Shown one piece after another: positions 10,481-20,260 of a stretch of DNA of 56,838 nucleotides (position 1 is the stretch's first letter; each line of letters starts with the position of its first letter). Origin of the DNA: Pseudomonadota bacterium. GTDB taxonomy: Bacteria > Pseudomonadota > Gammaproteobacteria > GCA-002705445 > GCA-002716945. The stretch is taken from NCBI GenBank assembly GCA_036163455.1, contig JAYZKL010000036.1, positions 1 to 56,838 of the forward strand, given 5' to 3'. Both the position numbers and the translations under genes were made by a program. Under the pieces are notes generated by a model, which saw only the letters and a list, made by a program, of their open reading frames with translations, did no database searches and was not told where the DNA came from.

Positions 10481-11198
10481 AAATATTTTTATAATACTTT
10501 TAGTTTTATTAATACCTCTCAAGGTTTCTCCAGCTGAGGTTAGCCCTTTGAGTCCAGTATTAATCAATCTTCATAATCAACCATCATTACAAAGAGGTGC
10601 TAAGATTTATATAAATAATTGTTTAGGGTGTCATACTCTGAAATATCAACGTTATAGTAAATTTGTAAACCATTTAGGTATGTCGAAAGAGGCTATTGAG
10701 AAAAATTTGATTTTTACTACAGATAAAAATGGAGGTCCGACAAAAATTGGCTCCCTGATTTTGAATTCTGTAGATAAAGATACATCTAAAGAGGCTTTTG
10801 GAGTGGAGCCGCCAGACCTATCTCTTGTTGCTCGCTCAAGAGGACCTGATTGGGTTTATACATTTTTATTATCATTTTATAAAGATGATACAAGGCCATT
10901 AGGCGTAAATAATAGTCTTTATCCAAATGTAAGTATGCCTCATGTGTTATGGTGGATGGAGGGATTAAAAGCACCTGTAAAGGGTAGTGTAAAAGAGTTT
11001 GAATATGTAGTTACAGGATCGTTGAATGAAAAAGAATATAAACAGGCTATTACAGACCTTGTTAATTTTCTAACCTATGTCTCCGAGCCAGCAAAACTTG
11101 AAAGATATAGAATAGGTTTTTGGGTAATAATCTTTTTGGTACTTTTTGCATTTGTCGCATATTTATTGAAAAGAGAATATTGGAAAGATGTGGAATAA
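10473..11198 (+). CDS. petC: Cytochrome c1
   Basis: CLGCH haem motif, PPDLS, MPHVL, C-terminal TM helix. Confidence 0.96.
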   Translation: MNKNIFIILLVLLIPLKVSPAEVSPLSPVLINLHNQPSLQRGAKIYINNCLGCHTLKYQRYSKFVNHLGMSKEAIEKNLIFTTDKNGGPTKIGSLILNSVDKDTSKEAFGVEPPDLSLVARSRGPDWVYTFLLSFYKDDTRPLGVNNSLYPNVSMPHVLWWMEGLKAPVKGSVKEFEYVVTGSLNEKEYKQAITDLVNFLTYVSEPAKLERYRIGFWVIIFLVLFAFVAYLLKREYWKDVE

Positions 11199-11201
11199 AT
11201 T

Positions 11202-11819
11202 ATGACATCATTAGCAAATAGACGTTCAGCTATCTTACTATTTTCATTCCCTGACTGTCTACATAGTCATCGAACTAGGTTAGTAATAAAAGAAAAAGAA
11301 ATAGTTGCAGAGTTACATGAGGTTGATATCAATAATATTGATGAAGAGATTAAATTTATTAGCCCATATAATGATTTTCCTACTCTTGTTGATAGGGAGT
11401 TAATACTACAAAACTCTAGAGTAATAATTGAATATCTTGATGAGAGATTTCCTCATCCACCACTACTTCCAGTAGATCCAGTTGCAAGAGCAAAATTCCG
11501 TCTTGCCTTGTATAGAATTGAGCATCAATGGTATCCAGAATTTAATAATTCATATAAAAACGGAGTTTTAACTGATGCTTTTAAGGAGAAAATAAAAAAC
11601 TATTTTTTAGAGATAATACCATTTATAACCGATAAATTTTTTATGAGTGAAGACTTTGGTTTAGTAGATTGTAGCCTTGCTCCTTTACTTTGGAGAATGA
11701 AACATTTAAAAGTAGATATGTCTGATGATAAAAAAATTATTGAGAAGTATGCTGACAGGATTTTTTCTAGAGAATCCTTTAAAGTTAGTCTAACAGAGAC
11801 TGAAAAGGAAATGGAATAA
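11202..11819 (+). CDS. sspA: Stringent starvation protein A (GST fold)
   Basis: PTLVDREL, IEYLDERFPHPPL, VDCSLAPLLWR motifs; follows petC. Confidence 0.93.
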   Translation: MTSLANRRSAILLFSFPDCLHSHRTRLVIKEKEIVAELHEVDINNIDEEIKFISPYNDFPTLVDRELILQNSRVIIEYLDERFPHPPLLPVDPVARAKFRLALYRIEHQWYPEFNNSYKNGVLTDAFKEKIKNYFLEIIPFITDKFFMSEDFGLVDCSLAPLLWRMKHLKVDMSDDKKIIEKYADRIFSRESFKVSLTETEKEME

Positions 11820-12401
11820 TTAAGTAAGGTGTTGATCGATACATTCGCATATAGAGTGAATAATAACTAAATGAACTTCCTGTATTCTACTAGTCCTATC
11901 GCTTGGAACTCTAATTTCAATATCATTTGAAGATAATTGAGTTGATGCTTTTCCACCATCCTTACCAGTAATAAGAATAATAGGTATACTAATTTTTTTT
12001 GCTACATCAATTGCTTCGCAAATATTAGAAGAGTTTCCACTTGTTGTGAAAGCAATTAAAAGATCTTCTTTTTTTCCTATAGCATTAATTTGTTTAGAAA
12101 AAATATATTTATAATCATAATCATTTGCTATAGATGTTATAGTTGCTGTATCTGAATTTAGAGAAATAGCAGCAACTTCTTTTCTTTCTTTTTCAAACCT
12201 ATTAACTAGTTCTGAAACTATATGTTGTGCATCACCAGAAGACCCTCCATTCCCGCATGACATAATTTTCCCGGAGCTATCTGTCACATTAATTATTTTT
12301 GTTGTTGCTAATTCTATTTGAGGTAATAACTTTTCTAAAGAAATTTTATTAATTTCCAAGTTATCATGAAAGTTTTTTTTAACTATTTCTGATATGTGCA
12401 T
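11820..12401 (-). CDS. gmhA: Phosphoheptose isomerase (SIS domain, GmhA/DiaA family)
   Basis: CGNGGSSGDAQH, TSIANDY, TTSGNS, RIQEVH motifs. Confidence 0.88.
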   Translation of the reverse strand: MHISEIVKKNFHDNLEINKISLEKLLPQIELATTKIINVTDSSGKIMSCGNGGSSGDAQHIVSELVNRFEKERKEVAAISLNSDTATITSIANDYDYKYIFSKQINAIGKKEDLLIAFTTSGNSSNICEAIDVAKKISIPIILITGKDGGKASTQLSSNDIEIRVPSDRTSRIQEVHLVIIHSICECIDQHLT

Positions 12402-12473
12402 TTTATAATTGCTGTACTTCCACTATAGTACAATGTAAATTATTAAATATAAACAAAATTCATCTTTAAAATC

Positions 12474-13301
12474 ATGTCTGGAAAACTTTATATTATATCT
12501 ACACCAATAGGAAATTTAGGAGATATTACTTTGCGTGCATTAGACACTCTAAGAAATAGTGATTATATTTTAGCAGAAAGCTCCGAGAGAACTTCAAAAC
12601 TGTTAAATAAATATAATATAAAAAATAAGATTATTACTTTCAATAAAGATAATGAAAAAAGAAAATTTGAGTCTATTTTATCAGATTTAAATAAAGATTA
12701 TAAAATTTCGCTAGTAACTGATGCTGGCACACCTTTAATTTCTGATCCTGGATATGAATTAATTAAAAGGACTTCATTAAAATGTTCTGTTATACCAATT
12801 CCAGGGCCTAGCTCCCTTACCTGCGCATTGTCTATTTCAACCATACCAATGAATAATTTTATCTTTCTTGGGTTTTTGCCTAAAAAAAATAATGAGAGAA
12901 TTAAAAAAATCAAATCGGCAAGCGAATCAGGTTGTCCAATTGTCATATTTGAGAGTAAGCACAGAATAAAGGCACTTTTAAAAAATATTATAGAAATTAT
13001 TGGTGAGGACACCTTAATAACAGTTTTTCGGGAACTAACTAAATTACATGAATCTGTCAGTACCCTTAAAGCCAACAAACTCCTAACTGAAATATCAAAA
13101 AAACCTCTTTCTGGGGAAATTACACTCATTGTGGATAAAGCTCCTAAACCAACCGAACTAATTGAAAATTACGGAGAAAAAGTTAAAAAACTGTTAAAAA
13201 GATATAATGTGAGCGAGATTGTTAGCATAATCAAGCTATTTACTAACTACAAGAAAAAAGAAATATATAATTTTGTATTAAAGATTAGACAAAAGCTGTA
13301 G
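12474..13301 (+). CDS. rsmI: 16S rRNA C1402 2'-O-methyltransferase
   Basis: LYIISTPIGNLGDIT, DAGTPLISDPG, RELTKLHE motifs. Confidence 0.92.
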   Translation: MSGKLYIISTPIGNLGDITLRALDTLRNSDYILAESSERTSKLLNKYNIKNKIITFNKDNEKRKFESILSDLNKDYKISLVTDAGTPLISDPGYELIKRTSLKCSVIPIPGPSSLTCALSISTIPMNNFIFLGFLPKKNNERIKKIKSASESGCPIVIFESKHRIKALLKNIIEIIGEDTLITVFRELTKLHESVSTLKANKLLTEISKKPLSGEITLIVDKAPKPTELIENYGEKVKKLLKRYNVSEIVSIIKLFTNYKKKEIYNFVLKIRQKL

Positions 13302-13313
13302 TTTTAAGTAGGA

Positions 13314-13408
13314 TATAATTTTAGATGGATCTAAAAGAAAAAATATACGAAAACAAGAAAGATGACTTATTTGAGCCATCTTTTTTTTTACATAAAAACC
13401 ATGTCTAA
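13314..13408 (+). promoter_or_regulatory. Candidate carA leader: -10 box, 27-codon uORF and terminator-like hairpin
   Basis: TATAAT at 13314-13319; ATG 13325 to TAA 13408 ([27 protein letters not shown]); hairpin GATGACTT-ATTT-GAGCCATC followed by 9 T. Confidence 0.5.
13358..13389 (+). terminator. Intrinsic terminator/attenuator-like hairpin upstream of carA
   Basis: AAAGATGACTT/GAGCCATCTTT stem with one mismatch and one G-U pair, then T run at 13381-13389. Confidence 0.55.
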
Positions 13409-14549
13409 TCATCACAATGCCATTCTTGTGCTTGATGATGGAACAGAATTTCGTGGGAAATCCTTTGGTATTGAAGGCACAGCTGTTGGAGAAGTTGTTT
13501 TTAATACAGCTATGACAGGATATCAAGAAGTTATTACAGATCCATCTTATGACTCACAAATCATTACTTTCACAAATCCACATATAGGTAACACCGGAAT
13601 TAATTTAAAAGATATGGAATCTAAAAAAATACATTGTTCAGGAATAATAATAAGAGACGTGCCTGTGCTGGCAAATAGTTGGAGATTAACAGGAACTTTA
13701 GAGGATTATTTGGTGAAAAATAAACTAGTTGCTATATATGGTATAGATACAAGGAAGCTTACCAAGATTCTTAGGACAAAAGGGGCCCAAAATGGATGTA
13801 TTCTAACTGGAAAAAATATTAATTCAGCGAAAGCAAAAAAATCTATCAAAGAGTTTTCTGGATTGTTAGGAAAAGACCTAGCTGTAAAGGTTACCACTAA
13901 AAAAACATATCAATGGACTGAAGACCTTAGCAACATCAATGGAGACATTCCACTAAAAAGAGAAAAAAAACACCATGTTGTAGCTTACGACTTTGGAATT
14001 AAGCATAATATTTTAAGAATTTTGTATAATCTTGGTTGTCAATTAACAGTTGTTTCAGCAAAACTTCCAGCACAAGACGTTCTAAAATTAAAACCTGATG
14101 GAGTTTTTTTATCAAATGGGCCTGGTGATCCCATGGCATGTAATTATGCGATTAATAATATCGAAGAGCTCATGAATAACAATATTCCAATGTTTGGGAT
14201 TTGTTTAGGATTTCAGCTTTTAGCATTGGCAAGTGGAGCCAAGACAATTAAAATGAAATTTGGTCATCATGGAGCTAATCATCCAGTTCTAGATTTGAAA
14301 TCTAAGAAAGTTTTTATAACAAGCCAAAATCATGGTTTTGCTGTTGACAAAAAAACCATACCTAAAAATTTAGAAATTACTCATATCTCTCTTTTTGATA
14401 ATTCCTTACAAGGAATAAAAAGAATAGATATTCCTGCATTTGGATTTCAGGGACACCCAGAAGCCAGTCCTGGCCCGCATGATATTAATGGGGTATTTTC
14501 TGAGTTTATTTCAATAATGGAAAATAGAAAAGAACATGCCAAAAAGTAA
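13401..14549 (+). CDS. carA: Carbamoyl-phosphate synthase small subunit
   Basis: [32 protein letters not shown] motifs; start reassigned to ATG 13401 ([11 protein letters not shown]). Confidence 0.97.
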   Translation: MSNHHNAILVLDDGTEFRGKSFGIEGTAVGEVVFNTAMTGYQEVITDPSYDSQIITFTNPHIGNTGINLKDMESKKIHCSGIIIRDVPVLANSWRLTGTLEDYLVKNKLVAIYGIDTRKLTKILRTKGAQNGCILTGKNINSAKAKKSIKEFSGLLGKDLAVKVTTKKTYQWTEDLSNINGDIPLKREKKHHVVAYDFGIKHNILRILYNLGCQLTVVSAKLPAQDVLKLKPDGVFLSNGPGDPMACNYAINNIEELMNNNIPMFGICLGFQLLALASGAKTIKMKFGHHGANHPVLDLKSKKVFITSQNHGFAVDKKTIPKNLEITHISLFDNSLQGIKRIDIPAFGFQGHPEASPGPHDINGVFSEFISIMENRKEHAKK

Positions 14550-17500
14550 AAATATAAATAGTGTTTTAATTATAGGTGCTGGGCCAATTATTATTGGACA
14601 AGCATGTGAGTTTGATTATTCTGGAGTGCAGGCTTGTAAAGCCCTAAAAGAGGAAGGAATAAAAGTAATTTTAGTAAATTCAAACCCTGCAACTATCATG
14701 ACAGACCCAAACATGGCGGACAAGGTCTACATAGAGCCCATACACTGGAGGAATATAGAGAAAATCATAATAAAAGAAAGACCAGATGCTATTTTACCTA
14801 CTATGGGAGGACAAACTGCTCTGAATACAACTTTGGATTTAAATAGGCATAAAATCTTAGAAAAATATAATGTTGAGATTATTGGGGCAAGCACAGACTC
14901 AATTGATATGGCAGAAGATCGAGAACTGTTCAAAAATGCAATGAATGAGATTGGACTAAATACTCCTAAATCTTTTATTGCCCATACTTATAATGACGCT
15001 GAGAATATTCAAAAAGAAATTGGTTTTCCAATAATAATACGCCCATCTTTTACTCTAGGAGGTTCAGGTGGTGGTATTGCCTATAATAAAGATGATTTTC
15101 AAAAAATTGTTAATAGAGGGTTAGACTTATCACCTACTAGCGAAGTATTGCTGGAGGAATCTGTTATTGGTTGGAAAGAATTTGAAATGGAAGTCGTTAG
15201 AGACAAAAATGATAATTGTATAATTATTTGTTCTATTGAGAATATTGATCCAATGGGTATACATACTGGGGATTCAATAACAGTAGCGCCCGCTCAAACA
15301 CTAACAGATAAGGAATATCAAAAACTTAGGAATGCATCAATACAGGTTCTCAGAAAGATTGGTGTAGACACAGGAGGGTCAAATGTTCAATTTGCTATAT
15401 CGCCTAAAGATGGCAGGCTCCTCATAATAGAGATGAATCCAAGGGTTTCGCGTTCATCTGCTCTAGCTTCTAAGGCTACAGGTTTTCCGATTGCAAAAGT
15501 TGCAGCAAAATTGGCAATTGGCTATACCTTAGATGAATTAAAAAATGAAATAACAGGCGATGTAATACCAGCTTCCTTTGAACCAACTATTGATTATGTT
15601 GTTACAAAAATTCCGCGGTTTGCATTTGAAAAATTTAAAGAAGCTGATAATAAATTAACAACACAAATGAAGTCAGTGGGAGAAGTTATGGCTATTGGAA
15701 GAAATTTTCAAGAATCGTTCCAAAAAGCATTAAGAGGACTTGAGATAGGAATTGATGGTCTTAACAAAACTAATCTTCCAAATAATTCTCAACAAGATAA
15801 CAATGAATACATTGAAAAAAAATTAACTTCAGCAACTCCGGACAGAATTTTATTTGTTGGGGAAGCATTCCGACAAGGATTTTCTCTTGAGGATATTTAT
15901 AGTCTTACTAAAATTGATCAGTGGTTTTTAGCGCAACTAGATGATTTGATAAAAGAAGAACTCCTCCTTTTAGATAAAAAAACTGAAGACTTATCTCGTT
16001 CTGATATTTTAAGATTAAAAAGAAAAGGTTTTTCAGACTCTTTCTTATCCAAAACATTAAATTGTAATTTAAATAAATTTAGAAATATGCGTATTTCTAT
16101 GGATATACAGCCAGTTTTTAAGAGAGTTGACGCTTGTGCAGCTGAATTTCAGTCAAAAACAGCATACATGTATTCTACTTATGATGATGAATGTGAGTCT
16201 GAACCATCAAAAAATAAAAAAATTATGATTTTGGGTGGAGGTCCAAATAGAATTGGTCAAGGAATAGAATTTGACTATTGTTGCGTACATGCTTCATTAG
16301 CTTTGAAAGAAATTGGTTATGAAACAATTATGGTAAACTGTAATCCTGAAACTGTTTCAACTGACTTTGATACCTCTGATAGATTATATTTTGAGCCTCT
16401 GACATTTGAGGACGTTATCGCAATAATTGAGAAAGAAAAACCAGATGGTGTTGTAGTTCAGTATGGCGGGCAGACTCCATTGAAATTAGCAAATCAATTA
16501 AAAGAAAGCAACGTAACTATTATTGGTACATCTCCTGAATCAATTGATATTGCGGAAGATAGGGAGAAATTTAAAAAACTTGTTGAGAAACTTAATTTAA
16601 AACAACCAATAAATTCAACTGCTAAAAACCCTGAAGAGGCATTGCAGATGGCTAATAAAATTGGATATCCATTAGTTGTCAGACCTTCGTATGTCTTAGG
16701 AGGAAGAGCTATGGAGATTGTAACTAATGATCATGATTTACAACGATATATGAAAGAAGCGGTTACTGTTTCTAATAATTCGCCGGTACTCTTAGATAAA
16801 TTTTTAAATGATGCAATAGAAGTTGATGTAGATGCTATTTGCGATGGAAAAGACGTTTATATTGGTGCAATTATGGAACATATTGAGGAAGCCGGAATCC
16901 ACTCTGGAGATTCTGGTTGTTCTATACCTCCTTATACACTTAAAGAAATAATTCTAAAAAAAATAAGAGAACAAGTTAAAAAATTAGCTCTTGAATTAAA
17001 TGTAATAGGATTGATGAATACTCAGTTTGCGATTAAAGATGACGAAATTTTTTTACTTGAAGTGAATCCACGAGCATCACGTACAGCTCCTTTTGTTTCT
17101 AAAGCGACAGGAGTTCCGCTTGCAAAAATTGGAGCACTAATTATGGTTGGTAAAACTTTAAAAGAATTATCATTAACCAAAGAGATTAAAACAAACTATT
17201 TTTCTGTTAAAGAAGCAGTTTTCCCATTCTCCAAATTTCCGGAAGTTGATGTATTGCTTGGGCCAGAAATGAAATCTACAGGAGAGGTTATGGGTTTAGG
17301 AAAAAGTTTTGGTGAAGCTTATTTTAAAGCGCAAAGAGCTGCGGGAGTTATTTTACCTAAATCTGGAAATGTTTTCATAAGTGTAAGAGATAAAGATAAA
17401 GCAGAAGCCTGTATTGTTGCAAGAGACTTAATAAAAATTGGGTTTACTATTTTTGCAACTACAGGGACATTTGATTACTTAGAGAAAAACTCCATTCCTT

Positions 17501-17760
17501 GTAAACAAATTAATAAAGTTAAACAAGGTCAGCCTCATGTTGTTGATATGATCAAGAATAAAGAAATTGATTTAATTATTAATACAACTGAGGGAGCGCA
17601 ATCTATTAAAGATTCATTTTCAATTAGACAGGAGGCTCAAAACAATAATATTTCGCTCACAACAACAGTTTCTGGGGCCAAAGCTTTCTGCAAAGCAATT
17701 TTATTTATTGATAACTTTGATGCTACTGATATTCAGAGTCGACACCAAAGTTTAAATTAA
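14536..17760 (+). CDS. carB: Carbamoyl-phosphate synthase large subunit
   Basis: [17 protein letters not shown], two ATP-grasp repeats, C-terminal MGS domain; 1074 aa. Confidence 0.99.
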   Translation: MPKSKNINSVLIIGAGPIIIGQACEFDYSGVQACKALKEEGIKVILVNSNPATIMTDPNMADKVYIEPIHWRNIEKIIIKERPDAILPTMGGQTALNTTLDLNRHKILEKYNVEIIGASTDSIDMAEDRELFKNAMNEIGLNTPKSFIAHTYNDAENIQKEIGFPIIIRPSFTLGGSGGGIAYNKDDFQKIVNRGLDLSPTSEVLLEESVIGWKEFEMEVVRDKNDNCIIICSIENIDPMGIHTGDSITVAPAQTLTDKEYQKLRNASIQVLRKIGVDTGGSNVQFAISPKDGRLLIIEMNPRVSRSSALASKATGFPIAKVAAKLAIGYTLDELKNEITGDVIPASFEPTIDYVVTKIPRFAFEKFKEADNKLTTQMKSVGEVMAIGRNFQESFQKALRGLEIGIDGLNKTNLPNNSQQDNNEYIEKKLTSATPDRILFVGEAFRQGFSLEDIYSLTKIDQWFLAQLDDLIKEELLLLDKKTEDLSRSDILRLKRKGFSDSFLSKTLNCNLNKFRNMRISMDIQPVFKRVDACAAEFQSKTAYMYSTYDDECESEPSKNKKIMILGGGPNRIGQGIEFDYCCVHASLALKEIGYETIMVNCNPETVSTDFDTSDRLYFEPLTFEDVIAIIEKEKPDGVVVQYGGQTPLKLANQLKESNVTIIGTSPESIDIAEDREKFKKLVEKLNLKQPINSTAKNPEEALQMANKIGYPLVVRPSYVLGGRAMEIVTNDHDLQRYMKEAVTVSNNSPVLLDKFLNDAIEVDVDAICDGKDVYIGAIMEHIEEAGIHSGDSGCSIPPYTLKEIILKKIREQVKKLALELNVIGLMNTQFAIKDDEIFLLEVNPRASRTAPFVSKATGVPLAKIGALIMVGKTLKELSLTKEIKTNYFSVKEAVFPFSKFPEVDVLLGPEMKSTGEVMGLGKSFGEAYFKAQRAAGVILPKSGNVFISVRDKDKAEACIVARDLIKIGFTIFATTGTFDYLEKNSIPCKQINKVKQGQPHVVDMIKNKEIDLIINTTEGAQSIKDSFSIRQEAQNNNISLTTTVSGAKAFCKAILFIDNFDATDIQSRHQSLN

Positions 17761-19001
17761 TTTTCATCTAAATTATATTTCTTTTCATCTAACATATTTT
17801 CACTTTTAGCAACAATACATGTGATACAAGTGTCGCCTGTTACATTTACACTTGTCCTAATCATATCTAACAATCTATCAACACCAAGCAACAAAGTAAT
17901 GCCTTCTAAAGGTATCCCTATTTCTGTCAGTATAATTGATAACATCAAAATTCCTGCACTTGGTATCCCTGCGGTTCCAATAGAAGCTAGAGTTGCTGTT
18001 ATAATTATTGTAATGTAATCATTCAATGAGAGGTCAATTCCGTAAAAAGTTGCCAGGAAGTAAGTAGCACACCCTTGCATAATTGCAGTACCATCCATAT
18101 TTATGGTAGCGCCTAGAGGTATTGAAAAAGAAGCTACAGATTTTTTAACACCAAATTTATTTATAACAGCATTTAATGTAAAAGGTATAGATGCGTTGCT
18201 GCTAGCTGTACTAAAAGTAAAGATAAGGATAGATTTAATTTTATTGTAGAACCTTTTCAAATTTAGAGATGTAAATAGCTGAAGAAGAATTGAGTATGTA
18301 ATTGTAAAGTGCAACATTAATACAAAAATAACAAGGAAAAAGTACTTTGCTAATGGTATAAAAACCTCTATTCCTTGAGTTGCAAATGTTTTGGCTAATA
18401 AACAGAAAACAGCAATAGGAGTCAATTTAATAATTAATATAACTAACTTATTAAGAATTTTATTTAAATCATCAATCAAATCTATATAGACTTTAATTTC
18501 TTCTTTTATTAATGATGCAGCTATACCAAGGAAGATAGCAAAAACTAATACATGTATAACATTACCATCAGCCAGCGATGCAAAAAAATTTTCTGGGAAA
18601 AAAGTTAAAATATAGTTTTTTGGTTCAGGGATATCAGTATTTAAAACTAAGCTTGTTCCTAAATTTAGATTTTGTTGATCATAACCAACTAGCGTTGACG
18701 ATAATAGTGCTAAAGAAATTGCAACTATTGTTGTTAATATATAAAGAGTAATTGTTTTTAGACCAATTCTTCCTAATGCAGATGTATCATTAATAGAAAC
18801 AATACCAGAAATTAGTGAGACAAAAATTAAAGGGAGTACAATCATTTTTAAAAGCAAAATGAAAATTGTAGCTAAAGTGGTAAAAATATTTTCAATTAAA
18901 AAGGTTTCAATTAATTCATTTGGGATAATAAATACATTTAATGCAAGTCCAAAAAAAATACCAAATAGCATTGAATAAAGGACTTGTTTTGTAAAACTCA
19001 T
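17757..19001 (-). CDS. Dicarboxylate/amino acid:cation symporter (DAACS, GltP-like)
   Basis: [36 protein letters not shown] motifs. Confidence 0.92.
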   Translation of the reverse strand: MSFTKQVLYSMLFGIFFGLALNVFIIPNELIETFLIENIFTTLATIFILLLKMIVLPLIFVSLISGIVSINDTSALGRIGLKTITLYILTTIVAISLALLSSTLVGYDQQNLNLGTSLVLNTDIPEPKNYILTFFPENFFASLADGNVIHVLVFAIFLGIAASLIKEEIKVYIDLIDDLNKILNKLVILIIKLTPIAVFCLLAKTFATQGIEVFIPLAKYFFLVIFVLMLHFTITYSILLQLFTSLNLKRFYNKIKSILIFTFSTASSNASIPFTLNAVINKFGVKKSVASFSIPLGATINMDGTAIMQGCATYFLATFYGIDLSLNDYITIIITATLASIGTAGIPSAGILMLSIILTEIGIPLEGITLLLGVDRLLDMIRTSVNVTGDTCITCIVAKSENMLDEKKYNLDEN

Positions 19002-19006
19002 TTAAA

Positions 19007-19507
19007 CTATTTTAAACAATTGAGTACGGCATCATAATCAGGTTCTTCTGCAATCTCTTTGACGAGTTGTGAATGGATTACCATATTATGTTTATCTATT
19101 ACTATTACAGCCCTTGCCGTAATACCGGCTAACGGACCATCTTCAATTAATACTCCATAGTCTTTAGCAAAATTTCTTGATCGCATCATTGATAAAGGTT
19201 TAATATTATCTAACTTTTCAGATGAACAAAAACGTGCCATTGCAAATGGTAAATCTGCAGAAATAGTTAAAATAACTGTATCAGGAAAAGAGGTTGCTTT
19301 TTCATTAAAAAGTTTTGTTGAAGTTTGACAAACTGGTGTGTCTAAACTTGGGACAACGCTTAATATTTTATTTTTACCTTTAAAATTATCTAGAGTTACG
19401 TCATCTAAATTTTCGCCAACTAAAATAAAATCTGGAGCCTTGTCGCCAACTTTTGGTACATCACCTATTGTATTTATTTCATTCCCTTTTAAAGTAATTT
19501 TAGTCAT
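19007..19507 (-). CDS. tpx: Thiol peroxidase (atypical 2-Cys peroxiredoxin)
   Basis: VPSLDTPVC, SADLPFAMARFC, EPDYD motifs. Confidence 0.96.
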   Translation of the reverse strand: MTKITLKGNEINTIGDVPKVGDKAPDFILVGENLDDVTLDNFKGKNKILSVVPSLDTPVCQTSTKLFNEKATSFPDTVILTISADLPFAMARFCSSEKLDNIKPLSMMRSRNFAKDYGVLIEDGPLAGITARAVIVIDKHNMVIHSQLVKEIAEEPDYDAVLNCLK

Positions 19508-19513
19508 TCAATT

Positions 19514-19542
19514 ATACTAACAATCTTAATGTATCTATTCAA
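19514..19542 (-). promoter_or_regulatory. sigma70-type promoter for tpx (leaderless geometry)
   Basis: Minus strand TTGAAT-N17-TAGTAT with TGn extension; -10 box ends 6 nt before the tpx ATG. Confidence 0.55.
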
Positions 19543-19558
19543 TGATAATGACTGAAAG

Positions 19559-19567
19559 TGATATAAT
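19559..19567 (+). promoter_or_regulatory. Extended -10 promoter for rlmE
   Basis: TGATATAAT at 19559-19567. Confidence 0.55.
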
Positions 19568-19577
19568 AAAACATGTA

Positions 19578-20198
19578 ATGAGTAAGAATAAGAGAACTAC
19601 AAATTGGCTTACAAAACATAAAAATGATCCTTTTGTAAAAAAATCAAAAAAAGACAATTATAGATCCCGTGCTGTTTATAAGTTAATTGAAATTAATGAA
19701 AAATATAAAATATTTTCAAACTCTACATTCGTTATAGATTTGGGTTGTTGTCCTGGCTCCTGGTCGCAATATGCCAGTAAGCAAAAAAATATAAAAAAAA
19801 TAGTTGGAATAGATGTTTTGGAAATGACGCCAATAAACCTGGTAGATTTTATACAGGGTGATATTAATAATCCCGAAATTCTTCAAAAGGTTTTATTTGA
19901 AAATAAATGTAAAGCGGGGGTTGTATTATCTGATATTGCACCCAATATTACAGGTATAGGAGTGATAGATCAGGGAAATTTTACGATTTTGGCTGATACT
20001 GTCATGGAATTTTGCACAAAAATGCTTAAAGAGGATGGCTTTTTGATTATGAAATACTTTAGTGGCTCTAGCTCTACTGACGTACAGGAAAATCTAAAAA
20101 AACACTTTAGAAAAGTAAGTGTTTTTAAACCAGCGTCATCAAAAAAAATAAGTAATGAAATATACCTTATTTGTAATAACTTTAAACCATTGATATGA
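19578..20198 (+). CDS. rlmE: 23S rRNA U2552 2'-O-methyltransferase
   Basis: YRSRAVYKL, DLGCCPGSW, SDIAPN motifs and K-D-K-E tetrad; upstream of ftsH; start reassigned to MSKNKRTTNWL. Confidence 0.94.
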   Translation: MSKNKRTTNWLTKHKNDPFVKKSKKDNYRSRAVYKLIEINEKYKIFSNSTFVIDLGCCPGSWSQYASKQKNIKKIVGIDVLEMTPINLVDFIQGDINNPEILQKVLFENKCKAGVVLSDIAPNITGIGVIDQGNFTILADTVMEFCTKMLKEDGFLIMKYFSGSSSTDVQENLKKHFRKVSVFKPASSKKISNEIYLICNNFKPLI

Positions 20199-20204
20199 TG
20201 AAAT

Positions 20205-20233
20205 TTGACAATAACTTAACTAAAACTTAGAAT
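20205..20233 (+). promoter_or_regulatory. sigma70 promoter for ftsH
   Basis: TTGACA (20205-20210)-N17-TAGAAT (20228-20233); AAGGA SD before ATG 20261. Confidence 0.75.
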
Positions 20234-20260
20234 GATTCTAATATCTACAAAGGAAAAATA

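Noticed and set aside
13302-13400. RNase P RNA (often downstream of rsmI) or a riboswitch
   Set aside because: The spacer is only 99 nt and AT-rich, with no RNase P or known aptamer motifs visible
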